Made by a program: the position numbers and the translations under genes | Origin: Microcystis aeruginosa NIES-843 | GTDB lineage: Bacteria; Cyanobacteriota; Cyanobacteriia; Cyanobacteriales; Microcystaceae | Reading direction: 5' to 3' | Length of the DNA stretch: 32,000 nucleotides | Assembly: GCF_000010625.1 (NCBI RefSeq) | Contig: NC_010296.1 | Coordinates: 4,170,001-4,202,000 of the forward strand | In this document: positions 16,998-28,021 of the stretch, piece after piece | How the letters are laid out: every line of letters starts with the position of its first letter | How positions within the stretch are numbered: position 1 is the stretch's first letter | The notes under the pieces: model-generated | What the model was told of the DNA's origin: nothing | What the model saw: only the letters and a program-made list of their open reading frames with translations | Database searches by the model: none

Positions 16998-17950
16998 CAG
17001 ATTTAGCTACCATTGCATTAATTGCTTTAGCCCGGGAAATGAAAGAAGATGAATGGGCGCAACAATTCTTAAATCAAATGGGATTAATTTCAGCCCAACC
17101 TTTAAGACAACGAGAGAATACAGCTAAATTTGGAATTGCAGGAATTGGTGCAGAATTAAAAGAAAAAAGTATTGATATTAATAAACCACTCTTTCCTGAA
17201 CTTAGTTTTGAAGACTTATTAAAAAGAGCATTAAAAAAATATGAGCGAGTGATTATTGCTGTTGATGACTTGGATAAACAAGATCCTGCAACTGTAAAAC
17301 AATTACTTTTAAATGCTCAAGGAATGCTAAAATCAGGAGCATGGTTTATTTTGACTGGTCATCCTTCGGGTTTAACCAGAGATATTTTAATTAGTGAAAG
17401 AGGATTATTTGATTTTGCGATTAAATTAGAACCTCTTGAACAATCTGTTATGTATGAAATGCTGGTTAATTACCTTAACAGTGTACGTTCTCAAGATTGT
17501 CAATATTCGGTAAAAGATCCCCAAGCAGTTAAACCTTTTACACCAGATACAGCTAAGATGTTGTGTGAGAGATCTAATGGTGTTCCGCGTTATTTAAATC
17601 GTTTAGGTAGCTATATTTTACAGAAAGCATCTGAATTAAATGCCGAAACTATTACACCTCAAATCTTAGAAGAAGGATTTATTTATGCTGACCAACAAAT
17701 GCGAGGTCTGCCAGGATTAACCCCAGCAGATTTTATGTTGATAGATCTAATTCTAGAAAGGGATAAATTATCAGATGAAAATATTACTTTAGAAGATTTA
17801 CAAAAGTTGCAAGTTCAAGAATTTAGTGAATTACTTCCAATTATTGACAAATTAGTAGAATTAGATTTAATTAGAAGATTGCCTAATGACCAAGCTATAG
17901 AATTTGCCTTAACTCCATTATTATTACCTTCTCAAGAAACGCAAAAATAA
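16998..17950 (+). pseudogene. AAA+ (Orc1/Cdc6-like) ATPase, C-terminal fragment (Walker B plus winged-helix-like tail)
   Basis: The frame is open from the IS1 junction (..DLATIALIALAREMKEDEW..). It has Walker B at RVIIAVDDLDKQD and FILTGHPSG. The C-terminal segment LIDLILERDKLSDENITLEDL..LVELDLIRRL looks like a wHTH. The first 9 bp, CAGATTTAG, equal the reverse complement of 1460-1468. Confidence 0.7.
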
Positions 17951-18206
17951 ATCGCCATATCGTCGGCATCTAAAGCAGCGATCGCACTTGGATTGTCTGC
18001 CAATTCAGCGCGAAACTGGGCAATTTCTTCAGGAGTAACTTTAGTTGATTCAATATCCATAGGTTATTCTTATTTACAGACAATACTAATTGTATAGTTT
18101 CTATTTTGCTATCTATCGATAGTTTTTCATAGAAAGTGTTAATCTAACTGGTTACTGATAACTGAAAAGGTTCTTAATTCCCTACCATTGTGATAATTGC
18201 TGTCAT

Positions 18207-20759
18207 TTAAACCACGACAAAATTAACTAATTTGCCCGGGACAACAATCACTTTTTTGATTTCCTTACCCTCTAAATAACGTTGGGCGATTTCTGATTCC
18301 AGGGCGAGGGTTTCTAGGGTGCTTTTATCGGCACTAGCGGGAACTTGTATCGTGCCTCTGGTTTTTCCCAAAATTTGGATGACAAGGGTAATCTCGTCCA
18401 CAATCAGGGCAGTGGAATCAACTTTTGGCCAGGGTTGCAGGTGAATTGATTGGTTATGACCTAAAGCTTGCCATAATTCTTCGCTAAGATGGGGAGCAAA
18501 GAGGGAAAGTAAGATTAATAGGGTTTCGATTCCTTCCCGATAAATGGGGGATGCAAAACACTTATTATCCCCTAAAGCGTTACTGAGTTTCATCAATTCG
18601 GAAATGGCGGTATTAAATTGATAATCTCCTTCTAAATCCTCGGAGATTTCTTTAATAGCGGTGTGAATTGCCCGTCTTAAATCCTTGTCAGTTTTCGAGA
18701 AAGTTTCTATTTTTTTGACTTGCTTGGGTTTATTTTCAATATATTCGCTGACTAAACGCCACACCCGATTAAGAAAGCGAAATTGTCCTTCTACCCCCGC
18801 ATCTTCCCACTGTAAATCTTTTTCTGGGGGTGCGGTAAAAAGTATAAACATTCGGGCAGTATCGGCCCCATATTTTTCGAGGACTTTTAGAGGATCAACG
18901 CCGTTATATTTCGACTTAGACATTTTTTCAAAGAAGAAAGATAGAACTTCTCCCGTGTCTTTATCGCAATATTTATCCTCTTTATAGATAACATTTTCTG
19001 CGGGGACATATTTGCCAGTTTCGGGATTTTTGTAGGTTAATCCCTGTACCATTCCCTGGGTTAATAGACGGTTAAAAGGTTCATCGACATTAACTAAACC
19101 TCGGTCTCTTAAAACTTTGGTAAAGAAACGAGAATAGAGTAAATGTAGGATAGCGTGTTCGATTCCTCCGACGTATTGATCCACGGGCATCCAATCATTA
19201 ACCTTCTCAAATTGAAAGGGTATATCTTCATTTTTAGCATCGGTATAACGGAGGAAATACCAACTAGAATCGATGAAAGTATCCATGGTGTCCGTTTCCC
19301 GTTTTGCGGGAGTTCCACAGCGAGGACAATCCACATTTACCCAGTCTTCTAACTTAGCTAAAGGAGAAGCACCTCGACCGCTAAATTCGACATTTTCCGG
19401 TAAAGTAACGGGTAAATTATCGATAGGTACTGGCACGGTTCCACAGTTAGGACAGTGGATAACTGGAATCGGACAACCCCAATATCTTTGACGGGAAATT
19501 AACCAATCCCGGAGGCGATATTGTATTCTAGCTTTGCCGTAACCTTGGGCAGTGGCATAATCAATAATAGCGGTTTTTCCTTCTTGGGAATTCAGTCCAT
19601 TAAATTGAGCGGAATTAATCATAATTCCCGCTTCTGTATAAGCATCTTTTAACTCGATTTCGCCACTTTCTGGAGTAATAACTATCTTAATTGGTAGGTT
19701 ATTTTCCCGAGCGAATTTAAAATCGCGACTGTCGTGAGCCGGGACTCCCATCACTGCCCCCGTCCCGTATTCGTAGAGGACATAATCAGCAATTAAAATC
19801 GGAATTTCTTCACCGGTAAAAGGATTAATTGCCAGTCCTCCGGTTTTAATACCGCGTTTGGGTTTATCTTCGGCGGTTCTTTCTAATTCGCTTTCGCTGG
19901 CTATCTCTTGAATAAAAGTTTCTACGGCCGATTTTTGTTCGGGAGTGGTAACTTGTAAAGTTAAGGGATGTTCGGGAGCAAGTACCACATAAGTGACTCC
20001 ATAAACCGTATCGGGACGAGTGGTAAAAACGGCAATTTTTTCTGTGGAGTTAACAAGAGGAAATTCTAAATAAGCACCTACCGATTTACCAATCCAGTTG
20101 GCCTGCATGGTTTTAACCCGTTCTGGCCAACCGGTAAGTTTATCTAAATCAGTGAGTAATTGTTCGGCATAATCGGTGATTTTTAGGAACCATTGCCGGA
20201 GTAATTTTCTTTCTACTTTAGCACCCGATCGCCAAGATTTTCCTTCACTATCTACCTGTTCATTGGCCAAGACAGTTTGATCGATAGGATCCCAATTCAC
20301 TGCCGCTTCTTTTTGGTAGGCTAATCCTGATTCAAAAAACTGTAAAAATAGCCATTGGGTCCAACGATAATATTCCGGGGAACAGGTGGCAACTTCTCTT
20401 TCCCAATCGATAGATAATCCTAACTGTTGTAATTGCCGTTTCATCTGGGCAATATTTTGATCAGTCCATTTTGCCGGAGGAACTCCCCTTTCAATAGCGG
20501 CATTTTCTGCCGGTAATCCGAAAGCATCCCACCCCATGGGATGCAGCACGCGATAACCCTGCATTCTTTTCAGACGGGCAATCACATCGGTGATAGTATA
20601 GTTACGAACGTGACCCATGTGCAGGTTGCCTGATGGATAGGGGAACATGGAGAGGGCGTAAAATTTCGGTTTATCGGCGTTTTCTGGGGTTTTGTCCAAT
20701 CCCATTTGCTGCCAAATCTTCTGCCATTTCTGTTCGATTTCTGCGGGGTTGTACGGCAC
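18207..20759 (-). CDS. leuS: Leucine--tRNA ligase
   Basis: The 850-aa ORF has the HMGH signature ([15 protein letters not shown]), KMSKS ([10 protein letters not shown]), a zinc-binding CPxC pair and a typical LeuRS editing-domain insertion. Confidence 0.97.
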   Translation of the reverse strand: MPYNPAEIEQKWQKIWQQMGLDKTPENADKPKFYALSMFPYPSGNLHMGHVRNYTITDVIARLKRMQGYRVLHPMGWDAFGLPAENAAIERGVPPAKWTDQNIAQMKRQLQQLGLSIDWEREVATCSPEYYRWTQWLFLQFFESGLAYQKEAAVNWDPIDQTVLANEQVDSEGKSWRSGAKVERKLLRQWFLKITDYAEQLLTDLDKLTGWPERVKTMQANWIGKSVGAYLEFPLVNSTEKIAVFTTRPDTVYGVTYVVLAPEHPLTLQVTTPEQKSAVETFIQEIASESELERTAEDKPKRGIKTGGLAINPFTGEEIPILIADYVLYEYGTGAVMGVPAHDSRDFKFARENNLPIKIVITPESGEIELKDAYTEAGIMINSAQFNGLNSQEGKTAIIDYATAQGYGKARIQYRLRDWLISRQRYWGCPIPVIHCPNCGTVPVPIDNLPVTLPENVEFSGRGASPLAKLEDWVNVDCPRCGTPAKRETDTMDTFIDSSWYFLRYTDAKNEDIPFQFEKVNDWMPVDQYVGGIEHAILHLLYSRFFTKVLRDRGLVNVDEPFNRLLTQGMVQGLTYKNPETGKYVPAENVIYKEDKYCDKDTGEVLSFFFEKMSKSKYNGVDPLKVLEKYGADTARMFILFTAPPEKDLQWEDAGVEGQFRFLNRVWRLVSEYIENKPKQVKKIETFSKTDKDLRRAIHTAIKEISEDLEGDYQFNTAISELMKLSNALGDNKCFASPIYREGIETLLILLSLFAPHLSEELWQALGHNQSIHLQPWPKVDSTALIVDEITLVIQILGKTRGTIQVPASADKSTLETLALESEIAQRYLEGKEIKKVIVVPGKLVNFVVV

Positions 20760-21007
20760 TGGGGTCTTTTCTCCTGAGTTTTATCTATCCCTCCTATTTT
20801 ACAGCAGCCGGCTGGGGGCGATTGCCAGTCTTGGGGTTATCTACCCTAGCAAAAACCCTCTGGGTTTTAGTGGTTAATTTGCACGGGGAATATTAAACCT
20901 CTTGCATAATTAACTTTTGAGGGTTCAAAAACGTCAAAAATAAGGATTAAATCGCATAAAATCTGTAAATAGACCATTTAACTGATTATTATTCATTCTT
21001 AATTCTC

Positions 21008-21035
21008 CTGACTACTGACTACTGGCTACTGACTC
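21008..21035. repeat. Heptamer tandem repeat CTGACTA x4 (one variant unit)
   Basis: CTGACTA CTGACTA CTGGCTA CTGACTC lies in the leuS upstream intergenic region. Confidence 0.85.
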
Positions 21036-21088
21036 CTAACCCTAACAACAATTTTTGATTTTTACAAGAGGTTAACAGCCGTTCGACT

Positions 21089-21430
21089 TCACCCAATAGT
21101 TACTTGACTGGTATCGACGCTGGTTGCCCCATGGACTTTACTGGCAATTGCCACCATTTTATTTAAAGTCGCCTGATTGGAAACCTTGCCTTTTAGTACA
21201 ACTTTACCACCAGTTTGAGCGACCCACAATTTGTCTTCATCAGCTAAATCCGGTGTCTCGTCAAAAGCTAAAACTACTCGTTTAGCTAGGCCGCTTTCGT
21301 CGTATTTTCCATCTAATCCGACTCTTTCGGGGGGAATACCCGCAGCAGCGGCTTTCCCCGCGATCGCACTAGCGGCATCGGCCGGTTTATCTAAGCCAAA
21401 AATTCTTTTTAACCAATCCATTGCTAACAC
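21089..21430 (-). CDS. Hypothetical protein with a BON-like C-terminal domain
   Basis: The C-terminus GGKVVLKGKVSNQATLNKMVAIASKVHGATSVDTSQVTI resembles a BON domain. The gene lies 13 bp downstream of the HdrB-like gene on the same strand. The start may instead be the second Met at 21421. Confidence 0.45.
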   Translation of the reverse strand: MLAMDWLKRIFGLDKPADAASAIAGKAAAAGIPPERVGLDGKYDESGLAKRVVLAFDETPDLADEDKLWVAQTGGKVVLKGKVSNQATLNKMVAIASKVHGATSVDTSQVTIG

Positions 21431-21443
21431 TCCTGATTGAGTT

Positions 21444-22373
21444 CTAAAACCCCAATTTCTTTAAGAGGGATTTGGTGGAAACGATGTGTCGATCTAATCC
21501 TAAACGATCGGGACTGACTCCCACCGCTAAAGCGACTAATTGGGAAAAATGTAACACGGGTAAACCTAAACTTCGACCGATCACTTTTGCCACTTCCGGT
21601 TGTCGGGAATCAAGATTAAGATGGCATAAAGGACAAGGGGTGACTAAACAATCGGCCCCCGCTGCCATGGCCTCTAAAATGTGTTTTCCTGCCATTTGGA
21701 ACGATTGGGTGGTGGCATAACTGGACAGGGGCCAACCACAGCATTGAGTGCGTCCTTGATAATAAATCGGATTTGCTCCCACCACCCGAAAGACATTTTC
21801 TAGGGATTCCGGCTGAAAAGGATTATCGTAGGGGAGAGTATCCTGGGCCCGCAGGAGATAACAACCATAAAAACTGGCACAATTTAAGCCTGATAAGGGA
21901 CGAATCACCTTGGCCGCCAGATTATCTAAGCCATAATCGCCGACAATTGCCCAGAGTAGGTGCTTAACCGTCGTCGTACCTTGGTAGGGGGAACAATGTT
22001 CTTTCTGTAAATAATTATTAACTTCCTCAACATAATTGGGATTATTATGCTTTGCTTCCTTCAAGCGCTCATCCACATGACCGATCACTCCTTGACAGGT
22101 GCTACAGTGAGTCAACAGGGGTAAATTGAGGGCTTCCGCTAGGGCAATATTGCGCGCATTGACGGCATCTTCCAAGAGTTGCGAATCTTCCTTATAGGTT
22201 CCCGAACCACAACAGGCAGCTTTTTTGAGTTCGACTAAATTAATCCCCAAAGCTTCCGTCAGGGCTGCCGTGGATAAATATAGTTCCCGACAGGCACCTT
22301 GGGCGACACAACCGGGAAAATAAGCATACTGGAGATTTTTGACTGTCATGGATTCTAGGAAATTACTACTCAT
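21444..22373 (-). CDS. Heterodisulfide reductase subunit B-like / succinate dehydrogenase subunit C-like protein (two CCG cysteine-rich domains)
   Basis: Two CCG-type motifs are present: YFPGCVA..CCGSG and [20 protein letters not shown]. Confidence 0.75.
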   Translation of the reverse strand: MSSNFLESMTVKNLQYAYFPGCVAQGACRELYLSTAALTEALGINLVELKKAACCGSGTYKEDSQLLEDAVNARNIALAEALNLPLLTHCSTCQGVIGHVDERLKEAKHNNPNYVEEVNNYLQKEHCSPYQGTTTVKHLLWAIVGDYGLDNLAAKVIRPLSGLNCASFYGCYLLRAQDTLPYDNPFQPESLENVFRVVGANPIYYQGRTQCCGWPLSSYATTQSFQMAGKHILEAMAAGADCLVTPCPLCHLNLDSRQPEVAKVIGRSLGLPVLHFSQLVALAVGVSPDRLGLDRHIVSTKSLLKKLGF

Positions 22374-22665
22374 TACCTATCTACCATCTTGGCCCCCTTC
22401 CCCTCTGTCATCACTAAAGTCATGGAATTTCTTAATAGACAGCCTTTTGTGAGCTGCTCCCAACAAGTGTATGCTAGTTTGCCCCCCGAAATAATATCCA
22501 AAAACGAGGAGAGCCATCTCAACAGTATAATGCCTCTCCTTGAGAAAAATTGTTGTTTTGAGGAGTCGATAATGTAAATGGCAATCTGTCCGGTCAAGAG
22601 GTGATTTACTGGTAGAATTGAGAGTGCAGCCGAGAAATTACGGCCAGAAACCCTATTTTGTCTGC

Positions 22666-23016
22666 TTACGCCGCTTGGGGGAGGGTGATAACAGCATCAA
22701 AGTCAGCACGGCTAGGGAAAATCGAGAGAACCCGGTCTAGTTGGGTTAATTCAAAGATAATCTTGACTGAAGGTGAAATAGAACAGATATTGAAAGATTT
22801 TTCTTGACTTTGAGCCAGACGAAAGGCAGTAACTAAAGCCATTAATCCAGCGCTGTCGAGGAATTCCACCCTACTCATATCCACGAGAAAAGTGATAGAG
22901 CGACTCCGGTTAACCAGATTGGTGAGCTGCTCTTGAAATTCTAGGACGTTAGCGGCGGTAATATAGCCGTTTGGCTCAAATAGAGCAATTTCCGGGACTT
23001 TTACAGGACTTTTCAT
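22666..23016 (-). CDS. STAS-domain anti-sigma factor antagonist (SpoIIAA-like)
   Basis: The 116-aa ORF has GYITAANVLEFQEQL.., the conserved FLDSAGLMALV with a phosphorylatable Ser context, and IFELTQLDRVLSIF. Confidence 0.85.
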   Translation of the reverse strand: MKSPVKVPEIALFEPNGYITAANVLEFQEQLTNLVNRSRSITFLVDMSRVEFLDSAGLMALVTAFRLAQSQEKSFNICSISPSVKIIFELTQLDRVLSIFPSRADFDAVITLPQAA

Positions 23017-23374
23017 GGCTGGGCTTTGAAATTCATAAATGAACCTTTTAACTGGAGATCAGATACCGCTATTATGTCCTAACTTTCTGATTTTGCAACC
23101 TTCGTCTTGATATATTTTCCCTCTCCTGAAAAGATTAATCTTTTCTTAATCTTTCCCCTTTAGGAAGGAACCACTTTTAGGTTAACCTGATGGTCCGGGG
23201 AGTAAAGAGGAACAGTGATCAAGGCTTATTAGGGCAAATACTAGGGGAAAGTCGTTAGGTTTAAGCTCTAATCCCGAATGACTGATGATGACCCAGCATT
23301 ATACTGGTATTTTTGCTGAAATAAAGTAAAGCAGGATACAGAAACTAGATTTATTGAACTAGAGTAAGGAAATT

Positions 23375-23569
23375 GTGGATACCCAGCCGACTATCCGCCA
23401 ATTAGTGGAACAAGCCCTATATTATCGTCAAATCACGCCAGAAATCGAAAACGGAATTAATGAACTCCTCGCTCGTCTTGGCTACGTTTCCGATGTGGAT
23501 TACGAGGCCCTAGAGTTACTCATGGATGAAATGGACGAGGGCCGGATTAATCTCGTTCCGCGTCGGTAA
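23375..23569 (+). CDS. Small hypothetical protein (64 aa, GTG start)
   Basis: The ORF has a purine-rich AAGGA a few nt upstream of the GTG. The acidic helical sequence matches no family I recognise. Confidence 0.4.
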   Translation: MDTQPTIRQLVEQALYYRQITPEIENGINELLARLGYVSDVDYEALELLMDEMDEGRINLVPRR

Positions 23570-23572
23570 ATT

Positions 23573-23593
23573 CAGTGATCAGTGATCAGTGGT
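23573..23593. repeat. Heptamer tandem repeat CAGTGAT x3
   Basis: CAGTGAT CAGTGAT CAGTGGT lies directly after the 64-aa ORF stop. Confidence 0.8.
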
Positions 23594-23639
23594 GAGTTTT
23601 CAGTTCACTGATGGCCTTTCGGTTCGTTTTATGCAATGG

Positions 23640-23985
23640 ACGGGGTTATAAGGGATGAAACCATTATATAGAAAGACATTTAGCGATCACCCGATCGAAC
23701 CGAACCTAGGCGTTGGGTTTCATGCTTCAACCCAACCTTGTATCTTGAGAAGTAGGCAACCCGTCCCAACCTAGGTAAAAAATACCGCTTTGTAGCTTGG
23801 GTGCCTATATTCTGAAAAAGGGCGTGGACATCCAGTTCAACCGAGGTGCTTGACACCGTTGGGTAGCCACCGGAGCCACGCCGTCATCCCGATGAGACAA
23901 GCTCGAACAATCGCTGGAGGATTAACCTCGTATTCGCAAGGACGAGTTACCAAAGGGACAAAATAACTTAACCCCAGCATAAACG
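23640..23985 (+). ncRNA. Candidate IS110-family bridge/guide RNA region (structured non-coding leader upstream of the recombinase)
   Basis: About 345 nt upstream of the IS110 ATG are non-coding and rich in nested stems. These include GGACGGGGTT..AACCCGTCC, ATGAAACC..GGTTTCAT, GTTGGGTT..AACCCAAC, GGCGTGG..CCACGCC and CTCGT..ACGAG. The ends and the fold are not determined. Confidence 0.3.
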
Positions 23986-24922
<937 letters not shown>

Positions 24923-25075
24923 TCCAGTTTTCCGAACAATTTCATCGCTGACAAAACGGATGACTGGTGCCGTTACTTTGTCTTGCCTATTTGGGGTACA
25001 AAAGATTTTCTTTATTCCCCTTGACTTTTAAGACAATCGCTACGTTCATCTTATATTTAATTCCACCCACCTACT

Positions 25076-25292
25076 TAGGGTCTGCTGAATAAATCTAAAA
25101 ACCTTGTTGGATAAGACTTTTGGACTTTTTTCCCCTCAAAAAGTGCCAGCCATTGCGGGGATCGGGGGAAAATTCAGGTACTTTTTCCCTGAAAATTAGG
25201 TAGTTGACCACCTCAAAACTGGTAAAACCCCACACCCCACACCCCACACCCCACACCCTGCCACCACCGAAAAGCTTTTTCAGCAAACCCTA
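25076..25292 (-). mobile_element. MITE copy 1 (217 bp), inverted relative to copies 2 and 3
   Basis: The TIR is TA-GGGTCTGCTGAA ... TTCAGCAAACCC-TA, with an internal (CCCCACA)n tract at 25228-25258. The 63-aa track ORF inside it is not credible as a gene. Confidence 0.8.
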
Positions 25293-25337
25293 CTTAGCGA
25301 TCACCCGATCGAACCAGACCAAGTAACGAAGAACCTC

Positions 25338-25379
25338 ACTGATTACTGTTTACTGTTTACTGATTACTGATGACTGAAC
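25338..25379. repeat. Heptamer tandem repeat ACTGATT/ACTGTTT x6
   Basis: ACTGATT ACTGTTT ACTGTTT ACTGATT ACTGATG ACTGAAC. Confidence 0.85.
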
Positions 25380-25460
25380 AATCCCCCAAAACCCAATTTC
25401 CCCAAATTTCCCCAAATTAATATAATTGACTTCAGGCTTTCTCTTAACCTGATTTTTTCC

Positions 25461-25805
25461 ATGATTCCTTTAACTCTTAATCTCTTGCAAGGTTCCGTTA
25501 CTTTTCGTTTCAGTCCCAGTGCTGCTCTGGATTTGCAAAGGGAAATTAACATTTTACTCGAGCGCCTGAAAGCGATCGCCAGTAATGCCGCTAGTGGGGG
25601 TAAACCCCAACCCCAAAAACCGCTGGAATATCAGCACACTGGTGATGTGTTTCTGGAAGTGTTTTGTAATCCCAATATTTATCCGAGTCCTTTTTCGGCT
25701 AAAGTTTTGTTAACGGTTCGTGACGATCGCCTACGCTTAACCACAGAAGCAGAATTAACCCGTGTAATCGAGGATTTAGAGCGTTATATCGACCAAAATA
25801 GTTAG
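25461..25805 (+). CDS. Hypothetical protein (114 aa)
   Basis: The ORF lies 78 bp upstream of the DUF790 gene on the same strand. I recognise no motif. Confidence 0.45.
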   Translation: MIPLTLNLLQGSVTFRFSPSAALDLQREINILLERLKAIASNAASGGKPQPQKPLEYQHTGDVFLEVFCNPNIYPSPFSAKVLLTVRDDRLRLTTEAELTRVIEDLERYIDQNS

Positions 25806-25883
25806 AATCGGGGGATTTTTGGGGTTTCGACCTTTCCTTGTCGTCCCACCTCTCCCCATCTGATTATTCTTCTCTAGCTTGCC

Positions 25884-27098
25884 ATGTTACCGACCGATTT
25901 ATTGATTTCCCGTCAAAATGGCGAGACAATTATTCCCAAACGCTTACCGATCGCTCCTGATTATCTGATGATCGCTCAAGAACAAATCACCTGTTTTCAG
26001 GAAAGTATCGGTCAAACTAAGGGAGAATTAAGCCAAAAACTCCTAATCTTGGAGGGAGACAGTCCCGATTATAAAATTAAACGGGGATTTGCTCACCTAT
26101 TAACCAATCATTTTGCCACCTTTGAGATTATTAGTCCCTTAGAACCGCAGGAATTAAGAAAAAGAGTTTTTGAACAAGCGGCTAACTTTGTTCCTATTCC
26201 CCAAAATCGATCGCTAATTCTTCAAACAATTGCCCAGCAACTCAGCCAAGAATTAAATCAAGAAATTTTTCCAGTAGCTCTAGAAAAAGGACTCTATGCT
26301 GATTTAGCGGAGAATAAAATTCTCACTCAATTTGATGCTCCCACCCCCGAAAACTTAATTCATCGTTTTAACCTCTCGCAAATTCAAGGTATTTTTTATC
26401 GGGCCAGTTATTTAATCATCAACGTCCACCGCAACGATCCGGGGGAATATAAATATCTCTTTCGCTATCTAAAACTATTTCGTTTAATGACTTATATCGA
26501 AGGGGATGCCGACACGGGATTTACTATTACTATCGATGGTCCCACCAGTTTATTTAAAGCTAACAGTCGTTATGGCATTGAAATCGCTAAATTAATTCCT
26601 GCCTTACTCCATGTTACTCACTGGAATCTGAAGGCACAATTACAGTATAAAGATTCCTATACAGGCACTATTAAAAAACAACAGTTCAATTTAGAGGATA
26701 ACTGTGGTCTGGTGTCCCACTATTCCCCAGGTAAACCCTACGATAGTATGTTAGAGGAATCTTTCGCTAAACGTTGGTTACAGTTAAAAACTGAATGGCA
26801 ACTAGAAAGGGAAGTGGATTTAGTGCCTTTACCCGGAGGAGTGATGATTCCCGATTTCCGTTTAGTGCATCCCGATGGTCGCGTTTTTCTCCTCGAAATT
26901 GTTGGTTATTGGCGACCAGAATACCTACAAAAGAAATTTTTACAGGTTAAATCGGCCCAAGCAAGTAATCTAATTTTAGCCGTATCGGAACGGTTAAATC
27001 TAGAAAAAGCTGGAGTTAAATTTCAAAATCTACCCGCTCAGGTTATCTGGTTTAAAGATAAATTATCACCCCAAGCAGTGTTAGAAGTTTTAAGTTAA
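25884..27098 (+). CDS. DUF790 family protein (Bax1-like putative endonuclease)
   Basis: The N-terminus MLPTDLLISRQNGETIIPKRL and the C-terminal nuclease-like block IPDFRLVHPDGRVFLLEIVGYWRPEYLQKKF match my recollection of the DUF790 pattern. Confidence 0.6.
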   Translation: MLPTDLLISRQNGETIIPKRLPIAPDYLMIAQEQITCFQESIGQTKGELSQKLLILEGDSPDYKIKRGFAHLLTNHFATFEIISPLEPQELRKRVFEQAANFVPIPQNRSLILQTIAQQLSQELNQEIFPVALEKGLYADLAENKILTQFDAPTPENLIHRFNLSQIQGIFYRASYLIINVHRNDPGEYKYLFRYLKLFRLMTYIEGDADTGFTITIDGPTSLFKANSRYGIEIAKLIPALLHVTHWNLKAQLQYKDSYTGTIKKQQFNLEDNCGLVSHYSPGKPYDSMLEESFAKRWLQLKTEWQLEREVDLVPLPGGVMIPDFRLVHPDGRVFLLEIVGYWRPEYLQKKFLQVKSAQASNLILAVSERLNLEKAGVKFQNLPAQVIWFKDKLSPQAVLEVLS

Positions 27099-27113
27099 AG
27101 GTTTAGGAAGCTA

Positions 27114-27145
27114 AAAGCGGAAGTATGGTTTGATACTCCCGCTTT
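27114..27145. terminator. Hairpin between convergent DUF790 and hspA genes (possible bidirectional terminator)
   Basis: AAAGCGGAAGTAT-GGTTTG-ATACTCCCGCTTT forms a 13-bp stem with one A/C mismatch. The T-run is partly within the stem on the minus-strand reading, so it is not a textbook intrinsic terminator. Confidence 0.35.
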
Positions 27146-27200
27146 GGTCTAATCACACTAGGTTAACTCTTTCGCTTAAGACCAGACAATGAGTACTACA

Positions 27201-27662
27201 TCATTGAGCAATGGTAGGATTGATGGACACTTTCACCACTTTATTTTTTTCTTCTTCCGCTTTCGGGAGAGTGAGATTGAGAATGCCATCTTTGTATTCA
27301 GCAGTCACGTTATTGTTATCAACCCGAACCGGTAGAGGAATAACCCGATGGAATTTACCATAACGGAACTCAGTGCGGGTAAATCCTTCTTCTTCGGTTT
27401 TAATTTCCGATTTCCTTTCACCATTAATGGTCAGACTATCGGCTGTTACTTCCAGGTTGAGGTCTTTGGCTTCCATACCGGGTATTTCCAGTTTAAGCTG
27501 AACTGCCTCTGGCGTTTCGGTCATTTCCGCCGCCGGGATGAAGGATAACCCCATTTTTTCGCCATTGCCTACATCAGTCGGCACAAGACGGTCAAACAAG
27601 CGATTCATTTCTTTCTGTAGGCTTTCTACTTCTCTGAAAGGTTCCCAACGTATAAGTGCCAT
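27201..27662 (-). CDS. hspA: Small heat-shock protein, Hsp20/alpha-crystallin family
   Basis: The alpha-crystallin domain reads PAAEMTETPEAVQLKLEIPGMEAKDLNLEV..LTINGERK..F.YGKFHRVIPLP..V.AEYKDGILNLTLPK. I prefer the ATG at 27662 (MALIRWEPF), with GGAGG 8 nt upstream, over the GTG at 27671 used by the track. Confidence 0.9.
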   Translation of the reverse strand: MALIRWEPFREVESLQKEMNRLFDRLVPTDVGNGEKMGLSFIPAAEMTETPEAVQLKLEIPGMEAKDLNLEVTADSLTINGERKSEIKTEEEGFTRTEFRYGKFHRVIPLPVRVDNNNVTAEYKDGILNLTLPKAEEEKNKVVKVSINPTIAQ

Positions 27663-27799
27663 ATAAGTCACCTCCGAAGTTTTCTTGACGCTAGAGATGT
27701 TGGTTTATCTCTACACTTTTAGGATAGATAAAAGATTCTCTGACTGGGGTAGGGTTTTCGGTATTGAGTTTTTCCAGATTCCCGTACTATCTCCTATAC

Positions 27800-28016
27800 T
27801 AGGGTCTGCTGAAAAAGTTTTTCCTGGTGGCAGGGTGTGGGGTGTGGGGTGTGGGGTGTGGGGTTTTACCCATTTTCACCTGGTCAATTACCTAATTTTC
27901 AGGGAAAAAGTACCTGAATTTTCCCCTCAATCACTGCAAGGGTCGGGACTTTTTGAGGTCAAAAAAGTCTAAAAGCCTTATCCAACAAGGTTTTTAGATT
28001 TATTCAGCAAACCCTA
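27800..28016 (+). mobile_element. MITE copy 2 (217 bp)
   Basis: It belongs to the same family as 25076..25292 and 29407..29630. The G-run GGGTGTGGGGTGTGGGGTGTGGGGTGTGGGG is at 27843-27874. It ends 5 bp from the acyltransferase stop codon. Confidence 0.8.
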
Positions 28017-28021
28017 ATTAT

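Noticed and set aside
17932-18060. An unlisted 42-aa minus-strand ORF (MDIESTKVTPEEIAQFRAELADNPSAIAALDADDMAIYFCVS) lies between the ATPase gene and leuS.
   Set aside because: It is plausible in composition, but it is short, overlaps the ATPase 3' end by 19 nt, and has no clear ribosome-binding site or recognisable family. It is not supportable without homology or expression data.
18685-19491. Several 65-100 aa ORFs lie within leuS on either strand, and two more at 20633-20896.
   Set aside because: They are shadow ORFs of an 850-aa CDS with unambiguous LeuRS signatures.
20897-21073. A 9-bp inverted repeat AACCTCTTG ... CAAGAGGTT, about 160 bp apart, encloses the CTGACTA array upstream of leuS. 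I considered it as a possible MITE.
   Set aside because: The IR is too short to exclude chance in a 32-kb window, there is no second copy in the window, and no TSD is visible.
21231-21967. Plus-strand ORFs lie opposite the BON-like and HdrB-like genes.
   Set aside because: They are antisense shadow ORFs with Ala/Ser/Pro-rich artefactual composition.
22373-22597. A 74-aa minus-strand ORF has a TAA that overlaps the HdrB-like ATG (TAATG). There is also the antisense 62-aa ORF at 22389-22577.
   Set aside because: The 1-nt overlap is suggestive of coupling. However, the sequence has no recognisable family, an odd composition and a competing antisense ORF of equal quality. I left it uncalled.
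25095-25286. A 63-aa ORF here and a 95-aa ORF at 27685-27972 share the sequence GGRVWGVGCGVWGF..NYLIFREKVPEFSP.
   Set aside because: The similarity exists because both read through copies of the same MITE. The GVWGVG stretch is the translation of the (GGGGTGT)n tract. The third copy (29407-29630) yields no ORF long enough for the track, so a conserved protein is unlikely.
25364-25552. A 62-aa minus-strand ORF.
   Set aside because: It spans an intergenic repeat region and the antisense of the 114-aa ORF start, with no supporting signal.
27348-27548. A 66-aa plus-strand ORF.
   Set aside because: It is antisense to the well-supported hspA gene.
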